The notes below the pieces were generated by a model. That model did no database searches, was not told the origin of the DNA, and saw only the letters and a program-made list of their open reading frames with translations. Source: Nanobdellota archaeon (GTDB lineage: Archaea > Nanobdellota > Nanobdellia > Pacearchaeales > GW2011-AR1). From it: a stretch of 64,000 nucleotides of DNA. Location: assembly GCA_020053375.1 (NCBI GenBank), contig JAGVNG010000017.1, forward strand, positions 26,780 through 90,779, written 5' to 3'. The translations under genes and the position numbers were made by a program. This document shows positions 19,460-29,197 of the stretch, piece after piece. Position 1 is the first letter of the stretch, and every line of letters starts with the position of its first letter.

Positions 19460-21646
19460 ATGGAAAAAGAAACACAATTTGACAAGATAAGAAGAATCAG
19501 CGCGGACCAGAAGCATATTCGCAATATTGCAACATCCGCGCACATTCATCACGGAAAAACCGCATTGACAGACAATCTCCTTGCTGCATCAGGACATATG
19601 GCCGCAAAATCTGCAGGAGACTTGGATGCAGGAATGGCAACATGGCAGCACTTGGACGAGCAGGAAAGGCTGATGACAGTTGACGCTGCAAATGTCTCAA
19701 TGGTTCACGATTTCCACGGAAAAGAATATCTGATTAATCTAATTGACACGCCAGGACACGTTGACTTCAGCGGAAATGTAACGAGAGCAATGAGAGCGAT
19801 AGACGGAACAATTGTGCTTGTATGCGCTGTCGAGGGAATAATGCCCCAGACAGAAACAGTGATAAAACAAGCATTGAGGGAAAGAGTCAAGCCTATTTTA
19901 TTCATAAACAAAGTTGACAGATTAATCAAGGAGCTTAAACTCACCCCCGAGAAAATGCAGGAGAGATTTGTAAGGATTTTTGAGGAGTTTAACGAACTTG
20001 TCAGCAAGATTGCAGACGGAGAATTCAAGGAAAAATGGCTTGTGGACATAAACGACGGAAGCGTTGCATTCGGCTCTGCAAGGGAAAACTGGGCATTGTC
20101 TGTTCCTTTTATGAAGAAGAAGGGGATAACTTTCAAGGATATATTCACTCTTTATGAAATGGGAGAAAAAGAAAAAAAAGAATGGTGCTGGAAAAACGCC
20201 CCATTGTATGAAGTTCTTCTTGACATGGCTGTAAAGCATCTTCCAGACCCTCTTGAAGCGCAGAAATACAGAATCCCAAAGATATGGCACGGAGATCATG
20301 ACAGCGAATTCGGAAAAAATCTTAGCAACTGCGATCCAAAGGGAAAAATTGCATTTGTAATCACGAGAATTGTCATTGACCCAAGAAGCGGAAAGGAAAT
20401 TTCTGCAGGAAGATTATTCTCGGGAACATTAAGAGTAGGGCAGGATGTTTATCTAAATCTTGCAAAACAAAAACAGAAAATCCAGCAGCTTTTCATCTAC
20501 AATGGCATAAAGCCAGAACAGGTTGATGAAATCGGGTCGGGCAATGTCCTTGCAATAGCCGGAGTAAATGGAGAAGCAGGAGAAACTGTTACAGCAGAAC
20601 CAGAAACACCCTTCGAGGAATTAAAGCATATATTTGAGCCTGTAATAACAAAAGCAATTGAAGTCAAGAAAATGGCAGACCTTCCAAAACTCATTGAAAT
20701 ACTCAGGAAGGTATCAAAAGAAGACCCTTCGGTTAAGGTAACAATAAATGAAGAAACAGGAGAAAGCCTTATTTCCGGAATGGGAGAACTGCATCTTGAA
20801 ATCATAGAAAACAGAATAGTTACTGAAAAAGGGCTGGAGGTAAAAACTTCTTCTCCAATAGTTGTTTATCGGGAAACAGTTGACAAAGAATCTCCAGAGC
20901 TCGAGGGAAGAAGCCCTAACAAGCACAACAGCTTTTACATGAAGGTGGAGCCTCTTGAAACACCTGTATATGATGCAATAAAAAACGGAGACATCCCAGA
21001 GGGAAGAGTCAAAAAGAAGAACAAAGAATTATTTGACAAATTTTCAGAGTTTGGATGGGATGGAGACACCATCAGAAGCATAAAGGATATCTACAAGGGA
21101 AATATTTTCCTTGACCAGACAAGAGGAGAAGTCAGAATTAATGAAATAATTGAAATGGTAGTGGATGCTTTTGAAATGGTCATAGACGCAGGGCCTTTGG
21201 CAAGAGAGCCATGCACACGAATGAAAGTTTCATTGATGGATACAAGAATTCACGAAGACCCTATTCATCGAGGGCCTGCGCAAGTTTATCCTGCAGTAAG
21301 GGAAGCAATAAAAGAATGCATGAAGAAAGCGGGAGCAGGGCTTTTGGAGCCTATTCAGATTCACATAATAGAAATTCCGGACACATTCCTTGGAACAATA
21401 ACAAAGCTTATAGGGGGCAAGAGGGGACAGATGCTTGAAGTAAAGCAGGAGGACACGGGCGTGGAAGTAAAAGCAAAGCTTCCTGTCGCGGAAATGATTG
21501 GATGGAGCAATGATTTGCGTTCCGCAACAGAAGGAAGAGGAAACTCGTCGCTGTCTGACCAGCTGTTTGAAAAGGTTCCTAAAAACTTGCAGGCAGATAT
21601 CATAAAACAAATAAGACAACGAAAGGGACTTGCAGAGAACCAATAG
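19460..21646 (+). CDS. fusA: Elongation factor 2 (aEF-2)
   Basis: GTPase G1 AHIHHGKTALTD, DTPGHVDF, and diphthamide-region HEDPIHRGPAQVYP; 728 aa. Confidence 0.9.
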   Translation: MEKETQFDKIRRISADQKHIRNIATSAHIHHGKTALTDNLLAASGHMAAKSAGDLDAGMATWQHLDEQERLMTVDAANVSMVHDFHGKEYLINLIDTPGHVDFSGNVTRAMRAIDGTIVLVCAVEGIMPQTETVIKQALRERVKPILFINKVDRLIKELKLTPEKMQERFVRIFEEFNELVSKIADGEFKEKWLVDINDGSVAFGSARENWALSVPFMKKKGITFKDIFTLYEMGEKEKKEWCWKNAPLYEVLLDMAVKHLPDPLEAQKYRIPKIWHGDHDSEFGKNLSNCDPKGKIAFVITRIVIDPRSGKEISAGRLFSGTLRVGQDVYLNLAKQKQKIQQLFIYNGIKPEQVDEIGSGNVLAIAGVNGEAGETVTAEPETPFEELKHIFEPVITKAIEVKKMADLPKLIEILRKVSKEDPSVKVTINEETGESLISGMGELHLEIIENRIVTEKGLEVKTSSPIVVYRETVDKESPELEGRSPNKHNSFYMKVEPLETPVYDAIKNGDIPEGRVKKKNKELFDKFSEFGWDGDTIRSIKDIYKGNIFLDQTRGEVRINEIIEMVVDAFEMVIDAGPLAREPCTRMKVSLMDTRIHEDPIHRGPAQVYPAVREAIKECMKKAGAGLLEPIQIHIIEIPDTFLGTITKLIGGKRGQMLEVKQEDTGVEVKAKLPVAEMIGWSNDLRSATEGRGNSSLSDQLFEKVPKNLQADIIKQIRQRKGLAENQ

Positions 21647-21676
21647 TTTTAAATATTCTTTGGATTTATTTACCAC

Positions 21677-21952
21677 ATGAAAGAAAAAAAATATTTTTTG
21701 GATGTTGTAATCAACAAAGAGAAACTTAGCGATGGAAAGGATGTATTTGTGGTTGTATGTCCAAGTCTTGATGTCGCAAGCCAGGGGATGAATGTTGAAG
21801 AAGCCATGAAAAACATAAGAGAAGCTGTTGAACTTTACCTTGAAGAAATGCCTGAGGCTTATGAAGAACTTGATATTACAAGAAAGGAAATACCCACATT
21901 TTCTTTTATTGAGGTAAAAAAACATGGCAAAGTTGCCAATATTGTCAGGTAG
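21677..21952 (+). CDS. hicB: HicB-like antitoxin
   Basis: VVCPSLDVASQGMNVEEAMKNIREAVELYLEE matches the HicB/UPF0150 core; overlaps hicA by 29 nt. Confidence 0.7.
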   Translation: MKEKKYFLDVVINKEKLSDGKDVFVVVCPSLDVASQGMNVEEAMKNIREAVELYLEEMPEAYEELDITRKEIPTFSFIEVKKHGKVANIVR

Positions 21953-22151
21953 AGACCTTGCAAAGATTCTTTCCCGATTAGATTATGTGCATATCAGAAC
22001 ACATGGAAGTCATATGATTCTTGTTAAACAAACTGAAAAGGGAAAGAAGACAATTCCTGTTCCAAATCATAAAGAACTTGCTAAAGGAACGCTAAAGGCG
22101 ATAATGAACCAAGTGGGTTTAAAATTAGATGATTTATTAAACCTGTTATAA
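21924..22151 (+). CDS. hicA: HicA mRNA-interferase toxin
   Basis: ...SRLDYVHIRTHGSHMILV...IPVPNHKELAKGTLKAIMNQVGL matches the HicA consensus. Confidence 0.8.
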   Translation: MAKLPILSGRDLAKILSRLDYVHIRTHGSHMILVKQTEKGKKTIPVPNHKELAKGTLKAIMNQVGLKLDDLLNLL

Positions 22152-22255
22152 ATGGGATATCTCAGTAAAAAATAGTAAAATGTTAGGAAAAAATTCATTA
22201 TTAAATAAAATTACAACCGCAGATAAAGTTCTTGGGATATTAATTTCAAAAATTC

Positions 22256-22501
22256 TTGTACACTTTAAGCGGAAAAAAAGAGTTTCGAAAAATATTTCCT
22301 GAAGTTTTCTTTGATACTCGTGATTATTTTCCTGTCTCAGAACAAATAGAGTATGCTTTTAATAGCCTAATGTTGGCGGGACAGCTGGAAGAATATGGGC
22401 TAAAGAAGGCTTTTTATTATGTAACTGACGGTGCAGTAAGATATTATAATAGAATATTGCATAGTCAATTAGGGAAAGATTTTGAGAAGCTGTTAAACTA
22501 A
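22256..22501 (+). CDS. Hypothetical protein
   Basis: 81-aa ORF. Confidence 0.35.
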   Translation: MYTLSGKKEFRKIFPEVFFDTRDYFPVSEQIEYAFNSLMLAGQLEEYGLKKAFYYVTDGAVRYYNRILHSQLGKDFEKLLN

Positions 22502-23197
22502 ATCTATTACTTTGATTCTTTCAGAAAATGCCTCTCTTAATATTTCTTGGGTGCTGTTATAATTCACCTGTATTGAAAGCCTGTGATTGTCATAACCGGT
22601 GCTTGGGTGAGCTGTGAATGAGAAATCATCAAGACCTCCCTCATTTTTTCTTTGTCCAGTAAAACTTCTATCAAATAATATTGATTCAAGCTTACCCTCT
22701 CCATTTGGCTTATTAAAACTTCTGTGATTTACGAAAGGATGGACAGTTCCAAATTCTATTCCCATCCCAAGAGAATCAAGAAATTCTTTTCTTGCCTTTG
22801 TTATTCTGTTATCATCAATTATCTCTTTGTCATTTATGCCAAGATATCTTCCTAAAGCCAGTCTTATGTCATTAGAATGTTTTGTTCCAGGAATAAAAAG
22901 TCCGTACACTTTTTGTGTTTTAGCATCTTCAAAATAAACACCTTTAATTACTCTTTCAAGGGGCAATCCTGTTAAATCCGCTTTCTCCTGACATGTGCTC
23001 GTTTTTTCAGAGTGTGTTGCAATATGAAAATGAATTCCTCTCTTAAGAGAAATATCTAAGATATAATCCAGCTCAAAATCCTTTAAAAAATCATTCCTAA
23101 ATTCCTGTTCTCTCCAGTCCTGATAACGATAGTCCGGCTCATCAGGCTCCACACAGCTAACAATTCCCTCGCAGTGTATTAATTTGCCTTTTTGCAT
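22493..23197 (-). CDS. YbaK/ProX-like aminoacyl-tRNA deacylase domain protein (tentative)
   Basis: HSEKTSTCQEKADLTGLPLERVIKGVYFEDAKTQKVYGLFIPGTKHSNDIRLALGRYLG resembles the YbaK editing-domain core. Confidence 0.35.
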   Translation of the reverse strand: MQKGKLIHCEGIVSCVEPDEPDYRYQDWREQEFRNDFLKDFELDYILDISLKRGIHFHIATHSEKTSTCQEKADLTGLPLERVIKGVYFEDAKTQKVYGLFIPGTKHSNDIRLALGRYLGINDKEIIDDNRITKARKEFLDSLGMGIEFGTVHPFVNHRSFNKPNGEGKLESILFDRSFTGQRKNEGGLDDFSFTAHPSTGYDNHRLSIQVNYNSTQEILREAFSERIKVIDLV

Positions 23198-23400
23198 GAG
23201 ATTTTGGAAAAGAAATTGTTTTAAATATGTTTGGATTAATCCCTGCTCGCTGTCGATTAAAATTCTTCAAACTTTTTGTTTTTTGCTACAAAAAGTTTAT
23301 AAACCTATTTTTTTATTAAGTAGTATTAAAATTCACTGCGGAATTTTTACCCTTCTCTTTAAGGGAAAGGTAGTGTAGGAAAACCGCAGGTTTTCAAACA

Positions 23401-24684
23401 ATGGCAAGAGAAAAACCAAATATGAACATCGTGTTCGTCGGGCACGTTGACGCTGGAAAGTCAACCATAATCGGAAGATTGCTTTTCGACACTGGCGCTG
23501 TTTCTGAAATGGAAATGAAGAAGTTGAGAGAGGAAGCGGAAAAGCACGGAAAAGTCGGATTCGAATTTGCATACGTAATGGACAAGATTAAAGAGGAAAG
23601 AGAAAGAGGGGTTACAATTGATCTTTCTTACAGAAAGGTAATGACATCAAAATATCAGGTGACAATAATCGACGCGCCTGGGCACAGAGACTTTGTAAAA
23701 AACATGATAACTGGGGCTTCACAGGCTGATGCAGCCTTTTTGGTTATCGCTGCGCAATCTGGAGTTCAACCACAAACAAAGGAACACCTATGGCTATTAA
23801 GGACAATGGGAGTAAGAAATGTTTGTGTTGCCATCAATAAGATGGACGAAATAAAATACGATGAGGCAAAATTCAACAAAGTTAAAGAAGATGTTTCTAT
23901 TCTTTTGAAAACAGTCGGATTAAAACTTGAGAATATTACATTCATTGCGTGCTCTGGATTAAAGGGAGATAATGTTGCTAAAAAAAGCACAACTATGTCA
24001 TGGTACAAGGGACCAACAATATTGGAGCAGTTTGACTTGTTCCCTCAGCCAGAACTGCCTACAAATCTTCCATTGAGAATGCCTGTGCAAGATGTTTATG
24101 AAATAACCGGTATCGGGACAGTCCCTGTAGGAAAGATTGAGACAGGAACAATGAAGCCCGGACTAAAAATAAAAATACTTCCTGGAAGAACAGGAGACGG
24201 TGTTGATGGTGAAATTAAAACGATAGAAATGCATCATGAAGCGCTTCCCGAGGCAAGGGCAGGAGATAATGTTGGATTGAACATAAGAGGAATTGGAAAG
24301 AAGGACATCGCAAGGGGAGATGTGATTTGCGACGCTGCATTCCCTGTTCCTGTTGTAAAAGAATTTATCGCACAGATAGCTGTAATTGACCACCCTACTG
24401 TTTTGGCCAAGGGATACACCCCCGTATTCCACATTCACACAGCGCAGGTTCCTTGCCAGTTTATTGAATTAATAGAGCAGATAGATTCAAAGACAGGACA
24501 AGTCATAAAGAAAAACCCTGATTTCTTGAGAAACGGGGATGTTGCAAAGGTAAGGATAAAGCCGCAGGGAAATCTCTGCCTTGAAACACAGAAGGACAAC
24601 CCGCATATGTCAGGATTTGCAGTAAGAGATGCAGGACAAACAGTTGCAGCAGGAATCTGCATTGAAATAACACAGAAGAAGTAA
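23401..24684 (+). CDS. tuf: Elongation factor 1-alpha (aEF-1alpha)
   Basis: [32 protein letters not shown] motifs; 427 aa. Confidence 0.95.
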   Translation: MAREKPNMNIVFVGHVDAGKSTIIGRLLFDTGAVSEMEMKKLREEAEKHGKVGFEFAYVMDKIKEERERGVTIDLSYRKVMTSKYQVTIIDAPGHRDFVKNMITGASQADAAFLVIAAQSGVQPQTKEHLWLLRTMGVRNVCVAINKMDEIKYDEAKFNKVKEDVSILLKTVGLKLENITFIACSGLKGDNVAKKSTTMSWYKGPTILEQFDLFPQPELPTNLPLRMPVQDVYEITGIGTVPVGKIETGTMKPGLKIKILPGRTGDGVDGEIKTIEMHHEALPEARAGDNVGLNIRGIGKKDIARGDVICDAAFPVPVVKEFIAQIAVIDHPTVLAKGYTPVFHIHTAQVPCQFIELIEQIDSKTGQVIKKNPDFLRNGDVAKVRIKPQGNLCLETQKDNPHMSGFAVRDAGQTVAAGICIEITQKK

Positions 24685-24685
24685 G
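24643..24685. repeat. Direct repeat copy 1: last 43 nt of tuf including stop codon
   Basis: Matches 25437..25479 at 42/43 positions. Confidence 0.9.
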
Positions 24686-24689
24686 AAGG

Positions 24690-24696
24690 TTTTTTG
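24690..24696 (+). terminator. Oligo-T tract after tuf (archaeal terminator-like)
   Basis: TTTTTTG 6 nt after the stop codon. Confidence 0.25.
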
Positions 24697-24775
24697 ATTC
24701 TTAGATTTTTGGATATTTTTAATAACTAACTGTAAAAATAGAAAAGCTTAAATATGTGTAAACACATAAATATTT

Positions 24776-25009
24776 ATGGCAAATATAACATTGTCTGTTC
24801 CGGAAGAATTAATGAAAAAAATGAAATTGTTCAGGGAAATAAGATGGAGTGAGGTAGCTAGACGCTCAATAGAGGAAAGAATTGCTGATTTAGAAACCAT
24901 GAACAAAATCGCTTCTAAGAGCAAGTTGACGAAAGAAGATGTTGAAGAGATTGGGAAAAGGATAAAAAGCAGAATGACTAAAACATTCTATGAACACGAT
25001 AGCAATTGA
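24776..25009 (+). CDS. vapB: VapB-like antitoxin (ribbon-helix-helix/CopG-like)
   Basis: 77 aa, MANITLSVPEELMKKMK...WSEVARRSIEERI pattern; overlaps PIN gene by 20 nt. Confidence 0.55.
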   Translation: MANITLSVPEELMKKMKLFREIRWSEVARRSIEERIADLETMNKIASKSKLTKEDVEEIGKRIKSRMTKTFYEHDSN

Positions 25010-25415
25010 TACAAACGTCATAATTTCTGCTCTTCTTAAGGAAGGAATAACAAGAAAGATATTATTAGATTACAAATTCAATTTCATATTCCCTGAATAT
25101 GGTTTAAAAGAAATTTATTTTTATAGAGACTATGTAATAAAGAAATCTGGAATAAAAGATTCTGAATTTGATGTGTTAATGTTAAGATTATTTAAATATG
25201 TAAAATTAGTTCCTCTGCATATTATTAAAAAATTTAGAAAACGTGCAGATGAAATAATGAAAAAAATAGATAAGAAAGATACGGTATTTATTGCAACATC
25301 TCTAGCTTTTAAATGTCCAATTTGGTCTGATGACAGACATTTCAAATTACGAAAAGAAATTAAAGTATATAATACCCAAGAATTCATAAATCTTATGCTC
25401 GATAAGCCAAGATAA
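24990..25415 (+). CDS. vapC: VapC PIN-domain toxin
   Basis: IAIDTNVIISAL (first acidic residue), later FIATSL and WSDDRHF acidic positions of a PIN domain. Confidence 0.75.
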   Translation: MNTIAIDTNVIISALLKEGITRKILLDYKFNFIFPEYGLKEIYFYRDYVIKKSGIKDSEFDVLMLRLFKYVKLVPLHIIKKFRKRADEIMKKIDKKDTVFIATSLAFKCPIWSDDRHFKLRKEIKVYNTQEFINLMLDKPR

Positions 25416-25436
25416 AAATTATTACCATCTATAAAT

Positions 25437-25479
25437 GTTGCAGCAGGAATCTGCATTGAAATAACGCAGAAGAAGTAAG
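25437..25479. repeat. Direct repeat copy 2 of the tuf 3' terminus
   Basis: gttgcagcaggaatctgcattgaaataacGcagaagaagtaag; single A->G difference (24672 vs 25466) is synonymous in the tuf frame. Confidence 0.9.
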
Positions 25480-25505
25480 TGGACCCTTGGTTCTAAAAAA
25501 TTATT

Positions 25506-25916
25506 TTATAATTTAATATTTAAAGATTCGTAAAGAGTTGCCTGTACTTCATCGATAAAAAAATACTCAAAAAAATTATGATTAAATTGATTTTTATAGA
25601 TATGATATAATTCATGCTTTAAAGTTGCCCTATTTCTACCTAAATCATCCAAAATAATTTTATAATGACCATCTGGTAGTTTTGTAGATGACCCTGTTCC
25701 TAAACTTGCTTTGCCAAATCTTGCTGAAATCTTTTTATTATTTAAATTAAGTTTAGAAGATTCTTCTATCAATATATTCTCTAATTGTTTTTCGTCTTTT
25801 ATTTTTTCTGACAAAAGAATAGATGCACCCCCAAGACCTAATCTCAGCAGATAGAAGGTTAATCCTACCCTCCAAATTCCCTTCCAAATTTTCTCAATTA
25901 ATTCTATTTTTGTCAT
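25506..25916 (-). CDS. Hypothetical protein with HExxH motif (possible zincin-like)
   Basis: HELYH motif near C-terminus; N-terminal hydrophobic segment. Confidence 0.35.
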   Translation of the reverse strand: MTKIELIEKIWKGIWRVGLTFYLLRLGLGGASILLSEKIKDEKQLENILIEESSKLNLNNKKISARFGKASLGTGSSTKLPDGHYKIILDDLGRNRATLKHELYHIYKNQFNHNFFEYFFIDEVQATLYESLNIKL

Positions 25917-25943
25917 TTTAAATTAAATGTGAATTTAGTTCTC

Positions 25944-26669
25944 CTATAAAGTAAAGATATGATTTTGAAACCATAAATGTTCTTTTTCTAGGGGTATTAG
26001 TATCTCTTTTGCAATTCCTTTCATTTCCTTTTTTATTAACTCATTTCTTTCATTTTCACTTAAATTTTTCTTTTTAGCAATAGCTTCCAAAGTATCCCCA
26101 TGTGGAACCTCTAATATATACAAGGCATCTCCTTTATTGTAAGAACGAACTGTTTGAATCAGCTTTTTGTAAACTTCCCATTCTTTTATCGCAAATTCAC
26201 CTGGATTAATATTTCTGCCATAACATAATCCACTTCCCAAGAGACTTTTTGCTATTACCACATCTTTATTTCCAAATAATCTTTCTCCCTCTTCTTGTGT
26301 AACAGACTCAAGACCAGAATCAAGATCAAATTCAACATAATTAAACCCACGACTTCTTGGTTCGTGGGATTCATATGGGCTATCAATTCCTGTTACATTT
26401 GCACCCATATAACTCAAAGTTTCTGCAACAATAGGAGCATAACTATCTCCACTTCCACATCCCAAGTCAAGTATCTTTAATCCTTTTATTGAGCCACCAT
26501 ATAAGTGAACTAATCTAACAATTTGATCTAATGGGCGAAAAATACCTGCATTTGGATTAGAATATCCTTTTACTCTCTTCTCACCCTCTTTTATAGCTGA
26601 AGCTATTTTTTCTATTAAACCATTTTCAAAATTTCGTTTTGAATTTTCTCTTAGTTGATTAATATCCAT
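25944..26669 (-). CDS. Class I SAM-dependent methyltransferase
   Basis: ILDLGCGSGDS motif I and a downstream acidic motif II. Confidence 0.7.
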   Translation of the reverse strand: MDINQLRENSKRNFENGLIEKIASAIKEGEKRVKGYSNPNAGIFRPLDQIVRLVHLYGGSIKGLKILDLGCGSGDSYAPIVAETLSYMGANVTGIDSPYESHEPRSRGFNYVEFDLDSGLESVTQEEGERLFGNKDVVIAKSLLGSGLCYGRNINPGEFAIKEWEVYKKLIQTVRSYNKGDALYILEVPHGDTLEAIAKKKNLSENERNELIKKEMKGIAKEILIPLEKEHLWFQNHIFTL

Positions 26670-26845
26670 ATCCTCCCCTATGCTTCCCCTTTTATAAATC
26701 TTACTATCTGTTATATCTTAATAGTGACAACCTTTTGCTAATAACCATAAACACTATCCCAATAATCCTTAAATATCCAAATTTAATGTATATTTTATGC
26801 TTAAACTAGAATGGGGGTATTTCGTAGAATCATTTTATAAATAAA

Positions 26846-27406
26846 ATGCTTAAACGAGGGATGTCAAAGTCAGAAATTGAAAAAGAACTGCAGGGCAAGG
26901 GGGACTTTGTCCAGATTGATCACCTTGGTGTTTTTCTGAAGGAAGACCTTCCTACAGATATAAGGAAGTTTGCCATGGAAAAAATGGCAGGGATTTACGA
27001 GAAAAAGATGATGTTTGGCGAAGCAGCAAAGATTTACAACAATCTTTCCATAATTTCAATACCTTTCAAGGAGAAAATGAAATATCATGTCAAAGAAGCT
27101 GAATTATGCATAAAAGGCGGACTTTTAAGGGAAGCGGATTATGCAACACAAAAAGCAATAAGCCAGGCAAACACATTCGAGAAAAATGACATAATGTTCA
27201 GCATAAAGCAATTTTATAAAAAACAGGCGGAAGTCTTTGAAAAAGAGATTAGAAGAAATAATGCAGCTAGACTATATGAAAAACTTCTTGAGCTTTCCAC
27301 CACAGAAGCTGAAAAAAGAGAAGTTCGGGAAAAACTCATGGGGCTTTATGAGAAGCTTGGGAAATTCAGAGAATATAATGTATTGAAGGGTATGAATGGG
27401 AATTAA
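26846..27406 (+). CDS. Hypothetical helical protein
   Basis: 186-aa ORF, repetitive helical character. Confidence 0.4.
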   Translation: MLKRGMSKSEIEKELQGKGDFVQIDHLGVFLKEDLPTDIRKFAMEKMAGIYEKKMMFGEAAKIYNNLSIISIPFKEKMKYHVKEAELCIKGGLLREADYATQKAISQANTFEKNDIMFSIKQFYKKQAEVFEKEIRRNNAARLYEKLLELSTTEAEKREVREKLMGLYEKLGKFREYNVLKGMNGN

Positions 27407-27469
27407 GATTCAAGAAATATTATAATTGATGATACATTTCTTTAAAAATGGTGATTTGAATTTCTAATT

Positions 27470-27940
27470 ATGAGTAAATTAGTGTATCTTGCTGGACCTA
27501 TAAAAGGTCTTTCTTACGAAGGCTCTGCCAGCTGGAGGGAGTATGCAAAAAGGGAATTGGCAAAGGGGGGGATAGTATGCCTCTCGCCTATGAGAGCAAA
27601 GGAATTCACCAAACTTCATCACGAACTTTCAGAAAAACTTTCAGAAAGCCAACTTCAAATTATCTCTGACAGAGGCATTGCAACCCGTGACAAGTGGGAC
27701 GTAAGCAGATGTGACATTGTATTGTCTAATCTTCTTGGCTCTGAAAAAATCTCTATCGGAACAATGATAGAATATGGATGGGCAAGCGCCTTTGGAAAAC
27801 CAATAGTTACAGTGATTGAAGAGAGAGGCGAGGGGAAAGAAAATATACACGAGCATGCAATATTAAGAGATTTGAGTGGGTATAGAATTAGCACTCTTGA
27901 AAGCGGCCTTGAAATAGTAAGGGCATTGTTTAATTATTAG
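27470..27940 (+). CDS. Nucleoside 2-deoxyribosyltransferase-like protein
   Basis: N-terminal VYLAGPIKG motif typical of the NDT/LOG-like Rossmann family. Confidence 0.45.
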   Translation: MSKLVYLAGPIKGLSYEGSASWREYAKRELAKGGIVCLSPMRAKEFTKLHHELSEKLSESQLQIISDRGIATRDKWDVSRCDIVLSNLLGSEKISIGTMIEYGWASAFGKPIVTVIEERGEGKENIHEHAILRDLSGYRISTLESGLEIVRALFNY

Positions 27941-27985
27941 GATCAAAATTATCCCCCCTTACCCCAAAATTTATTTAGCAATTGA

Positions 27986-28408
27986 TTATTTATATGCAAA
28001 GAATTTTTCAACAGAATTTTTAACCTTATCCCATAATTGAACAACTTCTGGTCTATAATTCTCTAATTTCCATTCTGGTGTCAACTGAAATTCTATCCCC
28101 GTAAATAATGAACTAACATTTTCCACTGTCTTCAATCTAAAAACATTAAGATCAACGGTTTCTTTTGTAATTATTGCTCCTGTTATCTGAATGTCTGTTG
28201 ATTCTCTTTGAAAGATTTGGTTTCCTGCAAAATATCCTATATTTTTGTTTTCCAGAAGACTGTATCTTATATTACCATGTAAATCTTCTGCTATTCTTAA
28301 AAAGAGATGTTCTACGTCACGCAAGAAAATTTTTCTTGGGAAATTTATGTTTGTTTTGTTGATAAGTTCTTCAAGATTTTTGTTTGATTCTTCCAATGTT
28401 TGCTTCAT
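27986..28408 (-). CDS. Hypothetical protein, tandem paralog A
   Basis: 140 aa; C-terminal QLTPEWKLENYRPE...VEKFFAYK parallels the adjacent ORF. Confidence 0.45.
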   Translation of the reverse strand: MKQTLEESNKNLEELINKTNINFPRKIFLRDVEHLFLRIAEDLHGNIRYSLLENKNIGYFAGNQIFQRESTDIQITGAIITKETVDLNVFRLKTVENVSSLFTGIEFQLTPEWKLENYRPEVVQLWDKVKNSVEKFFAYK

Positions 28409-28410
28409 AA

Positions 28411-28812
28411 TTATTCTGTTTTTTCCTTAAAGTAATTTTCAATGGACGAACGAACATCATTCAATAACTGCTTTTCTTCCTGCTCATATTGTTCTGTCCA
28501 TTTAGAGGGAAATTCAAAATTAATTGAGTTTAATCTGCTGAGATTCTTTTCTGAATTTCCAAATTCAAAAGGGAGGGAAACAGACGGCTTTACATTGCTG
28601 ATTATTTCTCCTTTTACAATTGAAGTTCCCTCTTCCTTAACAAATTCTCCGTGACTTGTAGGATGTCTTATAACTATATTCTGTGAAAAATGATAATGAA
28701 TGTTTGTATGCATTTGAATGGCTGTATAATTAATCAAGCTCTTTGCTTCATCCAAAGCTAAATCTCTTGGAAGAGTTATGATTGTTTCCTCAAGAACTTT
28801 CTCGATTGCCAT
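28411..28812 (-). CDS. Hypothetical protein, tandem paralog B
   Basis: 133 aa; C-terminal EFPSKWTEQYEQEE...IENYFKEK parallels the adjacent ORF; 2-nt intergenic gap. Confidence 0.45.
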   Translation of the reverse strand: MAIEKVLEETIITLPRDLALDEAKSLINYTAIQMHTNIHYHFSQNIVIRHPTSHGEFVKEEGTSIVKGEIISNVKPSVSLPFEFGNSEKNLSRLNSINFEFPSKWTEQYEQEEKQLLNDVRSSIENYFKEKTE

Positions 28813-29197
28813 GAGATAACCCTCCGCACTTTTATTTAAAAAGATTTATGTGGTGTTGTATCTTTTATCAAATTTTGCCCGAAAGTCTTAAAAACCGCGC
28901 AAAATTAGGATATTCAGAGAAATATATTGAATTCAGGTTCACATATTATCGTCACATTCATTTTCCCTCAACCGGGACAAGGGCATTTTTCCCAAGCGGG
29001 GCAGGCTGGGACAAGTTATGCTTATTGTGGTTTGGATAGTGTAAATTTGAAAGAAGACTGAATCCCTTGCGGGACAAGGTAAACTTCAGGAATTAGGTAT
29101 ATTTTTCTACAAAGCCCTAAGGCTTTGTTATTCCCCTAGCAGGGATGCGTTCCTTTTACAAGGACGCGAATTAAACAAAAAACAAAAACTAAAGAAA

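Noticed and set aside
21230-21925. 231-aa minus-strand ORF
   Set aside because: Antisense to the 3' end of EF-2 and to hicB. Its Phe/Leu/Cys-rich low-complexity composition marks it as a shadow ORF.
21647-22260. Direct repeats of the EF-2 3' end flanking the hicAB cassette
   Set aside because: I looked for the tuf/vapBC-type signature here but found no convincing copy of the EF-2 terminus downstream of hicA.
28950-29100. Possible CRISPR array
   Set aside because: Only three 8-nt GGGACAAG motifs with irregular spacing. There are no 25-40-nt repeats or regular spacers. No CRISPR array was found anywhere in the window.
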